Assembly: GCA_016187035.1 (NCBI GenBank)
Contig: JACPKL010000010.1
Span: 94,616 to 158,615 of the forward strand
Direction of reading: 5' to 3'
DNA from: Candidatus Daviesbacteria bacterium
GTDB lineage: Bacteria; Patescibacteriota; Microgenomatia; Daviesbacterales; UBA10151
Length of the DNA stretch: 64,000 bases
This document shows positions 9,129-18,677 of the stretch, one piece after another. The translations under genes and the position numbers were made by a program. The notes below the pieces were generated by a model. The model was not told the origin of the DNA. It was given only the letters and a program-made list of their open reading frames with translations, and did not search any database. How positions within the stretch are numbered: position 1 is the first letter of the stretch; every line of letters begins with the position of its first letter.

Positions 9129-11507
9129 TTAACGGTCAAATCCGCCTCTACCACCGCGACCTCCGCGGTCTCTTCCGCCTCTACCAAATCCACCAGTTCT
9201 GCCTCTCCCTCCAAACCTATCCTGGGTTCTATCAAAGGACCCGCCACTTCTACCGCCTCCACTGCCAAAGCTTGGACGATTACCAAATCCTCCACTTCTG
9301 GGTCTACCCGCTTCGCCAAAGCGAGGCGAATCGCCAAAAGAGGAACGAGATCTAAAACCTCCGCCTTCTCTCGGTCTAAAATTTCCACCACCAGTAGGCC
9401 TCCCCTCGGTCTCTGGTTTAATATTTGCCCCAAAAAGCATTGATAAACCAATCTTTCCGTCAGGAGAAACATCAGTTACCCTAACCTTTACCTCTTGACC
9501 TTCTAAGACTACATCTTCTGGTCTGTTAACATGTCCAGGTGCCATTTGGGAAATATGCACCAACCCATCTTTGCCAGGAGCAATTTCTACAAACGCCCCA
9601 AACGGAGCAAGTCGCACGACCCTACCACTCAACTCATCTCCTACATTAAAGCTTTTAAACATACCATGAATAGAAGCAATTGCTGCATCAACTCCTTCGG
9701 GATTGACGCCTGAGATCATCACTGTCCCATCATCCTCGATATCAATTTGAGCGCCTGTTTTAGAAATAATTGAGTTAATAGTTTTTCCACCTGTGCCGAT
9801 TAAAAGCCCTATCTCTTCTGGTTTGATATGCAAAATTTCAACTCTTGGGGCATGAGGAGATAAAGGCCCTGCACTAGGAATAACTTTATCCATTTGTTCT
9901 AAAAGTTGTATCCTGGCTTTGCCACCCATATTAAGGGCTTGCTCAATTATGTCAAAGGTTAAACCTTCCAGCTTAGTATCCATCTGAATGGCAGTAATTC
10001 CATTTTTAGTACCTGCTATTTTAAAATCCATCTCTCCGTAAAAGTCTTCCACTGCCCTCATATCTGTTACTACCTGAGTTTTTTTCTCATCGGAAAACAG
10101 CCCCAATGCAATTCCAGCAACAGGCTCTATCAGAGGTACACCAGCATTCAGTAAAGCTAAAGTGGTTCCACAAACTGCAGCCATAGAAGTTGAGGCATTG
10201 GCTGCTAATACTTCAGATACTACTCTGATTGCGTATGGGAATTGATCTTCTTTTGGAACAACTGCTATGATGGCTTTTTCAGCCAAAGCACCATGACCAA
10301 TATCACGTCTGTTAGGAGCAGCCAGTCTTTTAACCTCACCTACAGAAAATGGATTAATACTCATATTATAATGGTGCATAAACCTTTTTTGTCTTTCCCC
10401 TTCCATCCCATCCAAAGTTTGCTTCAAAGAAGGAGCCCCCAGTGTTACAACAGATAAAACTTGAGTGTCTCCTCTTTGGAAAAGTGCGCTGCCATGAGTT
10501 CTTGGCAAAATTCCAACTTCTATCTGAATTGGCCTAATCTCATCCATAACTCTCCCATCTACTCTTTTACCTTTTTCCAAAACCTCTTTCTGTAAAATTT
10601 CTTTGGCAACTTTGTCAAAAATGCCTGATATAACTTGTTCTGTTAAAGCTTCTGCGTATTGGGTAGCAAGCTCTTTTTTAATCAAATCACCAGTTGCCTC
10701 ATGCCAAGGGTGCTCATTATCAAACAAAGCCTTTTCGATTCGTTCTTTGGTAATTTTAGATACTTCTTTAAGTAACGCCTCTTCAATTTCCTCCTCTAGA
10801 TGGGAGTAGGTCTGTTTCGTTTTACCAGCAACTTTCCCAAATTCTTCAATCAAAGAAATAATTGGTTGGGCTTGTGCATAAGCTTCTTTAATCCCTGCAA
10901 AAACTAACTCGTCTTTAACCTGATTAGCCCCTGTTTCTATCATGACAACTTTGTCTTTGGTAGAAGCTACTAAAAGATCCATATTAAGATGTTCTATCTC
11001 ATTAATAGTGGGATTGACTACTAAACTGCCTTCTCTTTCACCGATTCTTACTCCAGCAATTGGGCCTTTCCAAGGAATAGAAGAGATAGATAAAGCAGCT
11101 GATGCACCGATTAAACCAACAATATCAGGATCGTTTGCCTGATCTACAGATAATACAGTCAAAATTACTTGCACCTCATGCATTTTAAAATCTTTAGGAA
11201 AAAGCGGGCGGATGGAACGATCCACTAATCTGCCTGTTAAAACAGCTTCATCAGTGGGTCTAGTCTCTCTTTTGATAAATTTTGAGGAAGAAATTCTACC
11301 TCCAGCATAATGTTTTTCTACATACTCAACTGAGAGAGGAAAATAACCAATATCTTCTTTTAAAGGTTGTGTGGCAACTGTTGCTAAAATTACAGTTTCA
11401 CCCCAAGACACTAAAACAGAAGCATCTGCTTGCAGAGCTAACTTGCCTGTTTCTAATTTCAACTTACGACCATTAAGATCGATTTCTTTTACTATAACTT
11501 TGTTCAT
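9129..11507 (-). CDS. pnp: Polyribonucleotide nucleotidyltransferase with RGG-rich tail
   Basis: RLVDRSIRPLFP, RTHGSALFQRGDTQ, GHGALAE, GEMDFKIAGT, KH and S1 domains. Confidence 0.97.
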   Translation of the reverse strand: MNKVIVKEIDLNGRKLKLETGKLALQADASVLVSWGETVILATVATQPLKEDIGYFPLSVEYVEKHYAGGRISSSKFIKRETRPTDEAVLTGRLVDRSIRPLFPKDFKMHEVQVILTVLSVDQANDPDIVGLIGASAALSISSIPWKGPIAGVRIGEREGSLVVNPTINEIEHLNMDLLVASTKDKVVMIETGANQVKDELVFAGIKEAYAQAQPIISLIEEFGKVAGKTKQTYSHLEEEIEEALLKEVSKITKERIEKALFDNEHPWHEATGDLIKKELATQYAEALTEQVISGIFDKVAKEILQKEVLEKGKRVDGRVMDEIRPIQIEVGILPRTHGSALFQRGDTQVLSVVTLGAPSLKQTLDGMEGERQKRFMHHYNMSINPFSVGEVKRLAAPNRRDIGHGALAEKAIIAVVPKEDQFPYAIRVVSEVLAANASTSMAAVCGTTLALLNAGVPLIEPVAGIALGLFSDEKKTQVVTDMRAVEDFYGEMDFKIAGTKNGITAIQMDTKLEGLTFDIIEQALNMGGKARIQLLEQMDKVIPSAGPLSPHAPRVEILHIKPEEIGLLIGTGGKTINSIISKTGAQIDIEDDGTVMISGVNPEGVDAAIASIHGMFKSFNVGDELSGRVVRLAPFGAFVEIAPGKDGLVHISQMAPGHVNRPEDVVLEGQEVKVRVTDVSPDGKIGLSMLFGANIKPETEGRPTGGGNFRPREGGGFRSRSSFGDSPRFGEAGRPRSGGFGNRPSFGSGGGRSGGSFDRTQDRFGGRGRTGGFGRGGRDRGGRGGRGGFDR
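9307..9335. repeat. GC-rich hairpin within the pnp 3' tail (encodes GDSPRFGEAG)
   Basis: CGCTTCGC-CAAA-GCGAGGCG stem with one G-T pair. Confidence 0.4.
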
Positions 11508-11523
11508 GATTTATATTCTTTGG

Positions 11524-11643
11524 ACGATAGAATATAGATAATAGAGGATAGTGTTTTTGAAAATAGAAGATAGATATTAGATCGCTTCTAACTTCTATTT
11601 TCCATCTTCAAAATACTACCTTCTACATTCTACCATCTATCGT
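11524..11643. repeat. Heptamer-periodic imperfect inverted repeat between rpsO and pnp
   Basis: Left arm NNNATAG units (ACGATAG AATATAG ATAATAG AGGATAG ...), right arm CTANNNN units (CTACCTT CTACATT CTACCAT CTATCGT). Confidence 0.8.
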
Positions 11644-11673
11644 TCTACTTTACAACAGTAAAGCAAGCTATGC

Positions 11674-11943
11674 TTATTTTGCCAGACCCAACTTCTCTAT
11701 CACTATTTTGTATCTCTCTTCATCCTTTTTAACTAAATATTGTAAAAGTCTTCTTCTTTTATTCACCATTGATAACAATCCACGTCTTGAGTGAATATCA
11801 TGAGTATGTTCTTTTAAGTGAGCGGTCAGATTTTTAATTTGTTCTGTAAGAAGCGCTACCTGAACTTCCGGTGAACCTGTATCGCCACTTTTTGTGGCAA
11901 ACTCTTTAATAATCTTTTGCTTAAGCTTTGGATCAAGTGGCAT
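11674..11943 (-). CDS. rpsO: 30S ribosomal protein S15
   Basis: [33 protein letters not shown]. Confidence 0.98.
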   Translation of the reverse strand: MPLDPKLKQKIIKEFATKSGDTGSPEVQVALLTEQIKNLTAHLKEHTHDIHSRRGLLSMVNKRRRLLQYLVKKDEERYKIVIEKLGLAK

Positions 11944-11960
11944 CTTTAATCTCCTTTTTT

Positions 11961-11989
11961 AGGAACAACTTTGATGCCAAAGTCGTCCT
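11961..11989 (-). promoter_or_regulatory. Leader hairpin immediately upstream of the rpsO SD; candidate S15 autoregulatory site
   Basis: Minus strand AGGACGACTTTG-GCAT-CAAAGTTGTTCCT, followed by AAAAAAGGAG SD. Confidence 0.5.
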
Positions 11990-12050
11990 TTAATTTATCC
12001 TGGGCGTATCTTAACAGAAGTTCTAAGATTATGCAAGCTTTGCTTATAGT

Positions 12051-12080
12051 CTGATTTCCACACCGAATGTGGAAATTCAG
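12051..12080. terminator. Hairpin downstream of ORF 12081-12530 (terminator or REP-like)
   Basis: CTGA-TTTCCACA-CCGAA-TGTGGAAA-TTCAG inverted repeat. Confidence 0.5.
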
Positions 12081-12530
12081 TTAAGGTTTAGAGAGTCTAC
12101 CTGAGGCTATTTGTGATTCTAATTCTGTCCTACGTCTCTCCAATTCTAAGGCTAGTTTCTCATTTAAACCCTCAAGCACAACAAGTTCATTTTCAGCACC
12201 ACCATTTCTTAAATAATCTTGATAACTCAGATCTACTACTCTTTCCTCCATACAAGCATTTTCTTTAACTAGATCCAGCGCCGAGGCAGTACTCCTGCTG
12301 TTAGACATACCCATTCTTTCCTCCATTTTTCTAATATTATTTTCACTTGCGGTTTGATATGCTTTTAGTAAAATATCTTGCTTATCTGTTTCACCAAGTT
12401 TAGTTATCTGTAATTCTCTGGCAGTTTGGCGCAAATCACCTCTGGCTGCAGCAGCTTTTGCTCGCTCATCAGCTCCTTTGCCAAATAAGCTTCCTCTAAG
12501 AGAGGTTAAAATTCCTGGTTCTTGTGCCAA
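12081..12530 (-). CDS. Hypothetical coiled-coil protein, probably 5'-truncated
   Basis: Frame stays open upstream of the TTG (…SLREALGDLGIQVKCPEYKTIDQELNTLAQEP) and overlaps the 3' end of ORF 12584-12859. Confidence 0.5.
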   Translation of the reverse strand: MAQEPGILTSLRGSLFGKGADERAKAAAARGDLRQTARELQITKLGETDKQDILLKAYQTASENNIRKMEERMGMSNSRSTASALDLVKENACMEERVVDLSYQDYLRNGGAENELVVLEGLNEKLALELERRRTELESQIASGRLSKP

Positions 12531-12583
12531 AGTATTCAGTTCTTGATCGATGGTTTTATATTCCGGGCATTTAACTTGAATTC

Positions 12584-12859
12584 CTAAATCACCAAGAGCT
12601 TCTCTAAGTGATCCGGACCAGGACCAAGGACCGGAGGGAAAATTGGCAAAACAGGTAGAGGAGTACGCCCAGGAGTAGGCTCTGCGGCAGGAACTTCCTG
12701 GTTTAATCCCCTTGGTAAGTCCCCTAATGCAATTACCGGGGAGGCAGCAAATACTGATCCTGTTAAGATTGCCCCAGCAAAACTGATGGATCCAATCATA
12801 CTTAATTTCCTACCCCTCTGAGAGGGACTATAACGAAGCTCTGAATCTACTCTCTTCAT
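12584..12859 (-). CDS. Hypothetical secreted/membrane protein, probably 3'-truncated
   Basis: Basic N-terminus, TM, Pro-rich segment, then abrupt end; TATAAT just upstream. Confidence 0.5.
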   Translation of the reverse strand: MKRVDSELRYSPSQRGRKLSMIGSISFAGAILTGSVFAASPVIALGDLPRGLNQEVPAAEPTPGRTPLPVLPIFPPVLGPGPDHLEKLLVI

Positions 12860-12975
12860 ATATCCATTATACTATTAAATAAACCTATAGTCAAGTTGGG
12901 CACCCACTATCAGTCTTGACCAATTAGTTTTTCCCTGCTTGACATATATTATCAAAATAATATAATTATAATACT

Positions 12976-13260
12976 ATGAATAATACAGTTTTACAAATCC
13001 CTGTTGATAAAAATGTGAGAAATCAGGCTGCTTCTAAAGCAGAAAAAATGGGCTTTTCCTCTTTACAGGAAGTAGTCAGGTTATTTCTTAATAAAATAGC
13101 ATCAGGAAAAATTGATGTGACTTTTGAACCAACAGTCAAATTATCCACTAAAGCTACTAAAAAGTATAACAAAATCATAGATGAGATAGAATCTGGCAAA
13201 GCTCAAACAAAATCATTTACAGATGTTAAAAACTTAATGAAGTATTTAAATGAAGGTTAA
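12976..13260 (+). CDS. RelB/DinJ-like antitoxin (RHH)
   Basis: VLQIPVDK..RNQA...AEKMGFSSLQEVVRLFL; C-terminal SFTDVKNLMKYL; overlaps toxin. Confidence 0.8.
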   Translation: MNNTVLQIPVDKNVRNQAASKAEKMGFSSLQEVVRLFLNKIASGKIDVTFEPTVKLSTKATKKYNKIIDEIESGKAQTKSFTDVKNLMKYLNEG

Positions 13261-13516
13261 CCTGTATCATGGTTTTGTAAAAGCTTACAAAAAAAGGATT
13301 GCTCCAAACATCAAACTTGTCTCAAAAACAGAGGAAAGAATTTCTCTTTTTAAATCTAATCCTAAAAATCCTCTTTTAAAAGATCATGGATTAACTGGAG
13401 CTAAAAAGAATCTTCGAGTATTTTCCATTACAGGAGATATCAGAATAGTTTATCTTCCTGTTTCTGAGGAAGAAGTTACTTTTATTAATATTGGATCACA
13501 TAATCAAGTTTATTAA
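13250..13516 (+). CDS. RelE/YafQ-family mRNA interferase toxin
   Basis: LKDHGLTG, FSITGDIRIVY, IGSHNQVY. Confidence 0.88.
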   Translation: MKVNLYHGFVKAYKKRIAPNIKLVSKTEERISLFKSNPKNPLLKDHGLTGAKKNLRVFSITGDIRIVYLPVSEEEVTFINIGSHNQVY

Positions 13517-13530
13517 GGATATAAAATCTC

Positions 13531-13635
13531 GCGTGAAATCTATATATAGATCCTATGGAGCCTAAGTAATTGATTGAATCTTTTACTCTACCATTAGAAA
13601 TAAGATGATCCACTATAGGATCTAGTTCTCCACGC
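13531..13635. repeat. Imperfect terminal inverted repeat pair (possible MITE remnant)
   Basis: GCGTG..TAGATCCTAT (13531-13556) versus ATAGGATCTA..CACGC (13615-13635). Confidence 0.35.
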
Positions 13636-13641
13636 ATCTGC

Positions 13642-14727
13642 TTACCCTAACGATGATCCTTTGAAGATTTTTGGGGTCAGCCATTCTGGCTCAATTGTTT
13701 CTGAAATTACACCTTCTTGAGCTGGCCGCTCTTCAGGTGACCCCGATTGAATCGGGGGTGAAGGCTGATAATCATCTCCCTTATCAACTACTGATTGGGT
13801 AGGTGAGCTTGATGAAACCACTGGAGGAACAGTATAATCTGGTGCTGTTTGACTCGTTGGTTGAGTATTAATTGGATCTTTTGGTATTAGAGCACTCCAA
13901 TCATAAGCTGGTGCAGCCTGCGATTGAGCTTTTGTATCAACTCGAGAAGAACTGTTAGGCTTTTTCCCTCCGGCTCTTAAACAGTTAGCTACAGCTAAAT
14001 ATGTTTCTGCAGTAATTTTCTCATTAGTTAAGGAGTTGGTCGCATCGAAAATACCCACAAGTAGATTGCTAGCGCAGTCTGCAGATAAAGTAAACCCTAA
14101 ATCAGCAATAACAGAGCTGACCACTTCAGACACAGATGAAACATTATCTATCACATTGGTTTGACCAAAACCAGTGTTAACAGATTCTTTATCAATATTA
14201 ACTATATGTGTCCCGGAAAAAACTTGAGTATTAGATTGGTAAATATTCCCTAAAGCAGTTAAATTTACTGCTCCTATTGCAAATATTAAATTAAAACCGC
14301 TTCCCTGGAAATGAGGGACTATTTTGGCCGGCTGAAAAGTCTGGTTGGGTAAACAATGGAAAACTAAATTCAAATTATTGTTTTGGGCATACCAGTCTAA
14401 TTTTTCCAAAGCAGGAATAGTATTATCTGAAGCTGCCACACCTTCTAAAACTAGAGTTAAACTACCACCACCTGTGGAAGGAATGTTTTTTTGAACATGG
14501 TCTACTCCAAATAAGTGTGATTGACCAACCTTTATAGTATCATCTGAAACAATTGAAACTTGTTTACCAACTCCTTCCAAGGTTAAGAATAGAGCTAAGC
14601 TGGCAGCCAGTTGGTCAATATTAGCATTAGCAGGTATAGCAATTAGAATGCTTTTAGCAACGGGTAACAAAGTTTTGAGTTCTGCAAGTTGTGAATCGTA
14701 TTTCATTAGTATGGGGAATTTTATCAT
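13642..14727 (-). CDS. Degenerate DHH/NrnA-like phosphoesterase with Pro/Ser-rich tail
   Basis: DHH-fold remnants (NANIDQLAASLAL, IVNID, SSVSEVV, LLVGI); canonical DHH residues absent; follows infB as nrnA often does. Confidence 0.65.
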   Translation of the reverse strand: MIKFPILMKYDSQLAELKTLLPVAKSILIAIPANANIDQLAASLALFLTLEGVGKQVSIVSDDTIKVGQSHLFGVDHVQKNIPSTGGGSLTLVLEGVAASDNTIPALEKLDWYAQNNNLNLVFHCLPNQTFQPAKIVPHFQGSGFNLIFAIGAVNLTALGNIYQSNTQVFSGTHIVNIDKESVNTGFGQTNVIDNVSSVSEVVSSVIADLGFTLSADCASNLLVGIFDATNSLTNEKITAETYLAVANCLRAGGKKPNSSSRVDTKAQSQAAPAYDWSALIPKDPINTQPTSQTAPDYTVPPVVSSSSPTQSVVDKGDDYQPSPPIQSGSPEERPAQEGVISETIEPEWLTPKIFKGSSLG

Positions 14728-14768
14728 GAATAGCCCATAATTGCAAGTTCAGGCGCAGCAATTATAGT

Positions 14769-16217
14769 CTAAATTACTCTGAAGCTTTCAACTATATCTC
14801 CTATCTGGAAATCTAGGCTTGGGTTAAATAACATCCCGCAGTCATTGCCTTTTTCTACCTTATTCACTTCTTCTTTAACCTTTTTTAATGATTTCAGCTT
14901 AACTTCACCTATTAACTGGCCTTCCCTAACCACCCTGATTCTTTGCCCTTTGGCTATTACCCCCTCCAGCATCCTGCAACCAGCAATTTTTTCCTCCTTA
15001 CCATGAGCAAACTCTGCTAAAATTTCTGCTTTACCTGTCACTTCCTCCAGTTGCCCAACCTCTAAAAGCGTGTTGACCACTTCTTCCACATCTTCCAAAA
15101 GCTCGTAAATAATATTATAAGTTCTGATTAGGACATGTTCATTCTCAGCCATCTTTTGGGCAGTAGAAGCTACTTTAACATTAAATCCAATCACAATTGC
15201 TCCAACTACTGCAGCCAATTTAATATTTTCCTCACCAATAGGGCCGGTCCCGCTGAAAATATAGTCAATAACCTGTCTTTCAATATTGAATTTATCTAAA
15301 GAAGCGATAATTGCCTCCAAAGATCCTTGCTTATCTGCCTTGATAATAACCTTTAAAGTTTTAGTCTCACCTTGTCTTAGTTTATCCATTAAGGATTTAA
15401 CTTCTTCAGTCTGCTTTACCTCTGCTAACTGCCCTAAAACAGCTCCTACTTGAGGTACTGCTTCTAAACCTAAAACCTCCACAGGACTGGAAGGAGGGGC
15501 GAAGTCTACACTTTTTAAAGCATAATCAAACATTCCCCTGACTTTTCCTTTAATTCCTCCTACTAAAATTTGATCGCCTTTTTTTAAAGTCCCATTCCTG
15601 ATCAGTAAGGTTGCCACTGGACCTTTGAACTTATCTAAATTAGCTTCAATTACTACCCCTGAGGGGGACAAACTCGGATCACCTTTAATCTCATTTAACT
15701 CTGCCACCAGTAAGATATTTTCCAATAGTTTATCCACACCTTCTCCTGTTTTAGCAGACAAAGGTACAATAGGCACATCTCCACCATATTCTTCAACTAG
15801 AATCCCTTTATCAGAAAGCTGTTTTTTAATTTTTTCTGACTGGATTTTTAAATTTAACCCGGGTAAATCTATTTTGTTGATTACGATAATCTGTGGTACT
15901 TTTGCAGCCTGGATATGTTTTATAGCCTCCATGGTTTGAGGCATAATCCCATCATCAGCAGCGACCACCAGAACAGCTATGTCTGCCACTTTCGCCCCTC
16001 TTGACCTCATTTTTTCAAAAGCAGCATGGCCGGGAGTATCAATAAAGGTAATTAATTTTCCATTATGATTTACTTGATAAGCACCAATATGCTGAGTGAT
16101 TCCCCCATGTTCTTTTGCTGTCATATCAGTTTGTCTGATATAGGAAAGTAGAGTGGTTTTGCCATGATCAACATGACCAAGTATGGTGACTATAGGAGTT
16201 CTGTACATTTCAGCCAT
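14769..16217 (-). CDS. infB: Translation initiation factor IF-2 (short form lacking N-terminal domain)
   Basis: [29 protein letters not shown]; start placed at ATG 16217 after AAAGGA. Confidence 0.96.
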   Translation of the reverse strand: MAEMYRTPIVTILGHVDHGKTTLLSYIRQTDMTAKEHGGITQHIGAYQVNHNGKLITFIDTPGHAAFEKMRSRGAKVADIAVLVVAADDGIMPQTMEAIKHIQAAKVPQIIVINKIDLPGLNLKIQSEKIKKQLSDKGILVEEYGGDVPIVPLSAKTGEGVDKLLENILLVAELNEIKGDPSLSPSGVVIEANLDKFKGPVATLLIRNGTLKKGDQILVGGIKGKVRGMFDYALKSVDFAPPSSPVEVLGLEAVPQVGAVLGQLAEVKQTEEVKSLMDKLRQGETKTLKVIIKADKQGSLEAIIASLDKFNIERQVIDYIFSGTGPIGEENIKLAAVVGAIVIGFNVKVASTAQKMAENEHVLIRTYNIIYELLEDVEEVVNTLLEVGQLEEVTGKAEILAEFAHGKEEKIAGCRMLEGVIAKGQRIRVVREGQLIGEVKLKSLKKVKEEVNKVEKGNDCGMLFNPSLDFQIGDIVESFRVI

Positions 16218-16250
16218 TTTTATTCCTTTCAAAATACTAAACCTGAAGAA

Positions 16251-16329
16251 GAATTAAGATTTATGAATATAGATTTATGAGTAGAACAAAACTTTTCATT
16301 CTTAAATCCTAACTCTTAAATCATAAATC
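16251..16329. repeat. Heptamer-periodic inverted repeat between nusA and infB
   Basis: GAATTAA GATTTAT GAATATA GATTTAT ... TTAAATC CTAACTC TTAAATC ATAAATC; same unit family as 51704-51768. Confidence 0.8.
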
Positions 16330-17404
16330 ATGCTTGCTTCTCTTCTTTATCTGCTTCTTCTTTATCTGCTTCTGATTTTTCTGACTTATCTGAGTCTTTC
16401 TGATCCTCTGATCCGCTGATCCTCTGATCCGCTGGTTCTGGTTCTTCTGCTCCTTCAATATCTATTTTCCAACCAGTCAGTTTGGCAGCCAGCCTGACAT
16501 TTTGGCCACCTTTACCAATGGCTAAAGACAGCTGGGATTGAGGTACAGTCACTGTAGCCACTTTGTCTGCCTCATTCAATTTAACCTGGATATCTTTGGC
16601 AGGGGAAAGAGCAGCAGCTATAAATCTGGCTGGATCTTCAGAATAGGAGATAATGTCAATTTTTTCCTCGCCTAATTCACTCATTACAGCCTGCACCCTG
16701 ACTCCTTTTTGCCCAACCAAAGATCCGACCGGATCAACCCCATCCTGGGTAGACACAGCCGCAATCTTAGTTCTGGAACCGGCTTCCCTGGCAATCACTT
16801 TTATTTCCACAGCGCCTGATTGGATCTCCGGCACTTCAAGAGCGAAAACTGCCTTTACTAAAGCTGGATCAGACCTGGAGACAATTACTTCTGATCCTCT
16901 TCCTCCCTCCTTAATTTCTTTAACTAAAAATTTTAATCTTTGATTTTGATGATACATTTCACTATGGACTTGTTCTGATGGAGGCAATACCCCTTCAGCC
17001 CTACCTAGATCCACAAAAAAAGTATTGCCTTCTTGCCTTTGAATATTACCTGAAATAACAGTCCCTACTTTATTCTCGTATTCCGACAAAATCGCCCCTC
17101 TTTCGGCTTCGTTTAACTTTTGCATAATTACTTGTTTGGCAATTGAAGCAGCAATTCTGGCAAAACCTGGAGGGGTAACGTTTTTTTCACCGTCAAAAAT
17201 AGAGATCTCACCGGATGAGGGATCAACTTTTGAGATAAACTCTTCAAAATTATCCGGCACAGCTTCATTCCTGATTGTTAAATCCTTTTTATAAGCCGCT
17301 AGAGCGGCTTGGCGGATAGCATCTAAAACCACTTCCACTTCCACCCCTTTTTCAGAGGCTATTTGGTTTAACGCAGCTGCAAATTCAGTTCTAGCTTGTG
17401 CCAT
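16328..17404 (-). CDS. nusA: Transcription termination/antitermination factor NusA
   Basis: S1 and KH domains, AREAGSRTKIA, DPVGSLVG, AIGKGGQNVRLAAKLTGWKIDI. Confidence 0.97.
   Translation of the reverse strand: MAQARTEFAAALNQIASEKGVEVEVVLDAIRQAALAAYKKDLTIRNEAVPDNFEEFISKVDPSSGEISIFDGEKNVTPPGFARIAASIAKQVIMQKLNEAERGAILSEYENKVGTVISGNIQRQEGNTFFVDLGRAEGVLPPSEQVHSEMYHQNQRLKFLVKEIKEGGRGSEVIVSRSDPALVKAVFALEVPEIQSGAVEIKVIAREAGSRTKIAAVSTQDGVDPVGSLVGQKGVRVQAVMSELGEEKIDIISYSEDPARFIAAALSPAKDIQVKLNEADKVATVTVPQSQLSLAIGKGGQNVRLAAKLTGWKIDIEGAEEPEPADQRISGSEDQKDSDKSEKSEADKEEADKEEKQA
16371..16438. repeat. 8/9-bp periodic tandem repeat encoding the NusA C-terminal tail
   Basis: TCTGATCC TCTGATCC GCTGATCC TCTGATCC GCTGGTTC preceded by TCTGA-N4 9-mers. 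Confidence 0.75.
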
Positions 17405-17421
17405 AAACTCCTTTCAGTCGT

Positions 17422-17518
17422 AAATTCCAAGAAACAAGTACCAAGTCTTCCAAACAAATTATAATATTCAAAATTTAAATAAATATTTTGTATCTTGTTA
17501 TTTGGTACTTGGTTATTT
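17422..17518. repeat. Heptamer-periodic inverted repeat in the nusA 5' region
   Basis: AATTCCA AGAAACA AGTACCA AG ... TGTATCT TGTTATT TGGTACT TGGTTAT. Confidence 0.7.
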
Positions 17519-17533
17519 CTTTTAACAATTGTT

Positions 17534-17562
17534 AAAAGAAAAGGTGGGACTAGCCCACCTTT
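17534..17562 (-). terminator. Leader terminator/attenuator upstream of nusA
   Basis: Minus strand AAAGGTGGG-CTAGT-CCCACCTTT followed by TCTTTT; resembles the GTGGG..CCCAC leader terminator of rimP-nusA operons. Confidence 0.65.
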
Positions 17563-17641
17563 ACTGGTAACTGGATTGTTAACCAGCTACTATTTTAGCT
17601 TTTTACTAACTTGAAGTCAAGCTAACAAAAGGAAATTATGG

Positions 17642-17833
17642 TGTGTTACATATGGTAAAGACTTGAAAGAAGCCAAAAAAATGGCTGAAGATGCTATCCG
17701 TTTATACCTTGAGAGTCTAAAAAAGCATGAGGAACCAATTCCACAGGAAGAAAGTTCTGAATTGCCCAAAGGCACATTCAAAGCAATCTTAAGAGAATCC
17801 AAAGTTTCCCTAGAAGAATTTGAATCAACTTGA
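17642..17833 (+). pseudogene. HicB-HicA chimeric remnant
   Basis: Manual translation: CVTYGKDLKEAKKMAEDAIRLYLESLKKHEEPIPQEESS (HicB) fused to ELPKGTFKAILRESKVSLEEF (HicA C-terminus); no proper start. Confidence 0.75.
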
Positions 17834-17919
17834 TTTCTCAATCAGTAAACCTATTCCCGCCTCAAAAATCCAAGACAACCATTGACTAAGTCCTATTAAA
17901 ATGCATAATATTATAAGTA

Positions 17920-18666
17920 ATGGAGTTTATTTTCTGGCCAGTTTTAGTCTTCCTAATTATTATTCTTCTTGCTGGCATCAAGATTATTGACCAATATCAA
18001 AGGGGTGTCGTTTTAACTCTTGGAACTTTTACAGGAGTTCTAAATCCAGGATTGAAAATTGTCATCCCCATTATCCAAAGGCTTATCAGAGTAGATTTGA
18101 GGATTACCACAGCTGATATTCCTCAACAAGAGGTTATTACTAAAGACAATGTGCCTGTTGGGATTAACGCAGTGGTCTATTTCCAAGTTGTCAGACCAGA
18201 GGATGCTGTTTTAAAAATTCAGGATTATCATTATGCTGTCACCCAATATGCCCAAACTGCTTTAAGAGATGTGATAGGTGGAGTGGAGCTGGATATGCTT
18301 CTGACAGAAAGAGAGAAGCTAGCAGAACAAATTAAGGCACTAGTAGATAAAGAAACAGATCAATGGGGTGTAAATGTTAACGCCATCAAGATGCAGGATA
18401 TTGAGCTACCAGCTGATATGAAAAGGGTGATGGCTAAACAGACTGAGGCAGAAAGAGAACGAAGAGCAACAATTATTAGAGCTCAAGGAGAGTTGTCAGC
18501 ATCAAAAAACCTGCAAGAAGCTATGCAGAATATGAATCAATCAGGCGGGATTGCCTTAAGAACTTTACAAACAATTGAGGCAACAACTGCCAATCCTGCC
18601 AATACTGTAGTTTTTGCACTTCCCACTGAAGTATTGGCAGGACTTAAGAATTTATTGAAAAAATAA
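17920..18666 (+). CDS. SPFH/stomatin (slipin) family protein
   Basis: QEVITKDNVPV.INAVVYF, AQTALRDVIG, AERERRA. Confidence 0.93.
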   Translation: MEFIFWPVLVFLIIILLAGIKIIDQYQRGVVLTLGTFTGVLNPGLKIVIPIIQRLIRVDLRITTADIPQQEVITKDNVPVGINAVVYFQVVRPEDAVLKIQDYHYAVTQYAQTALRDVIGGVELDMLLTEREKLAEQIKALVDKETDQWGVNVNAIKMQDIELPADMKRVMAKQTEAERERRATIIRAQGELSASKNLQEAMQNMNQSGGIALRTLQTIEATTANPANTVVFALPTEVLAGLKNLLKK

Positions 18667-18677
18667 TGACATCAATT

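Noticed and set aside
17617-17841. 74-aa minus-strand ORF
   Set aside because: It is the antisense of the HicB/HicA remnant recognisable on the plus strand.
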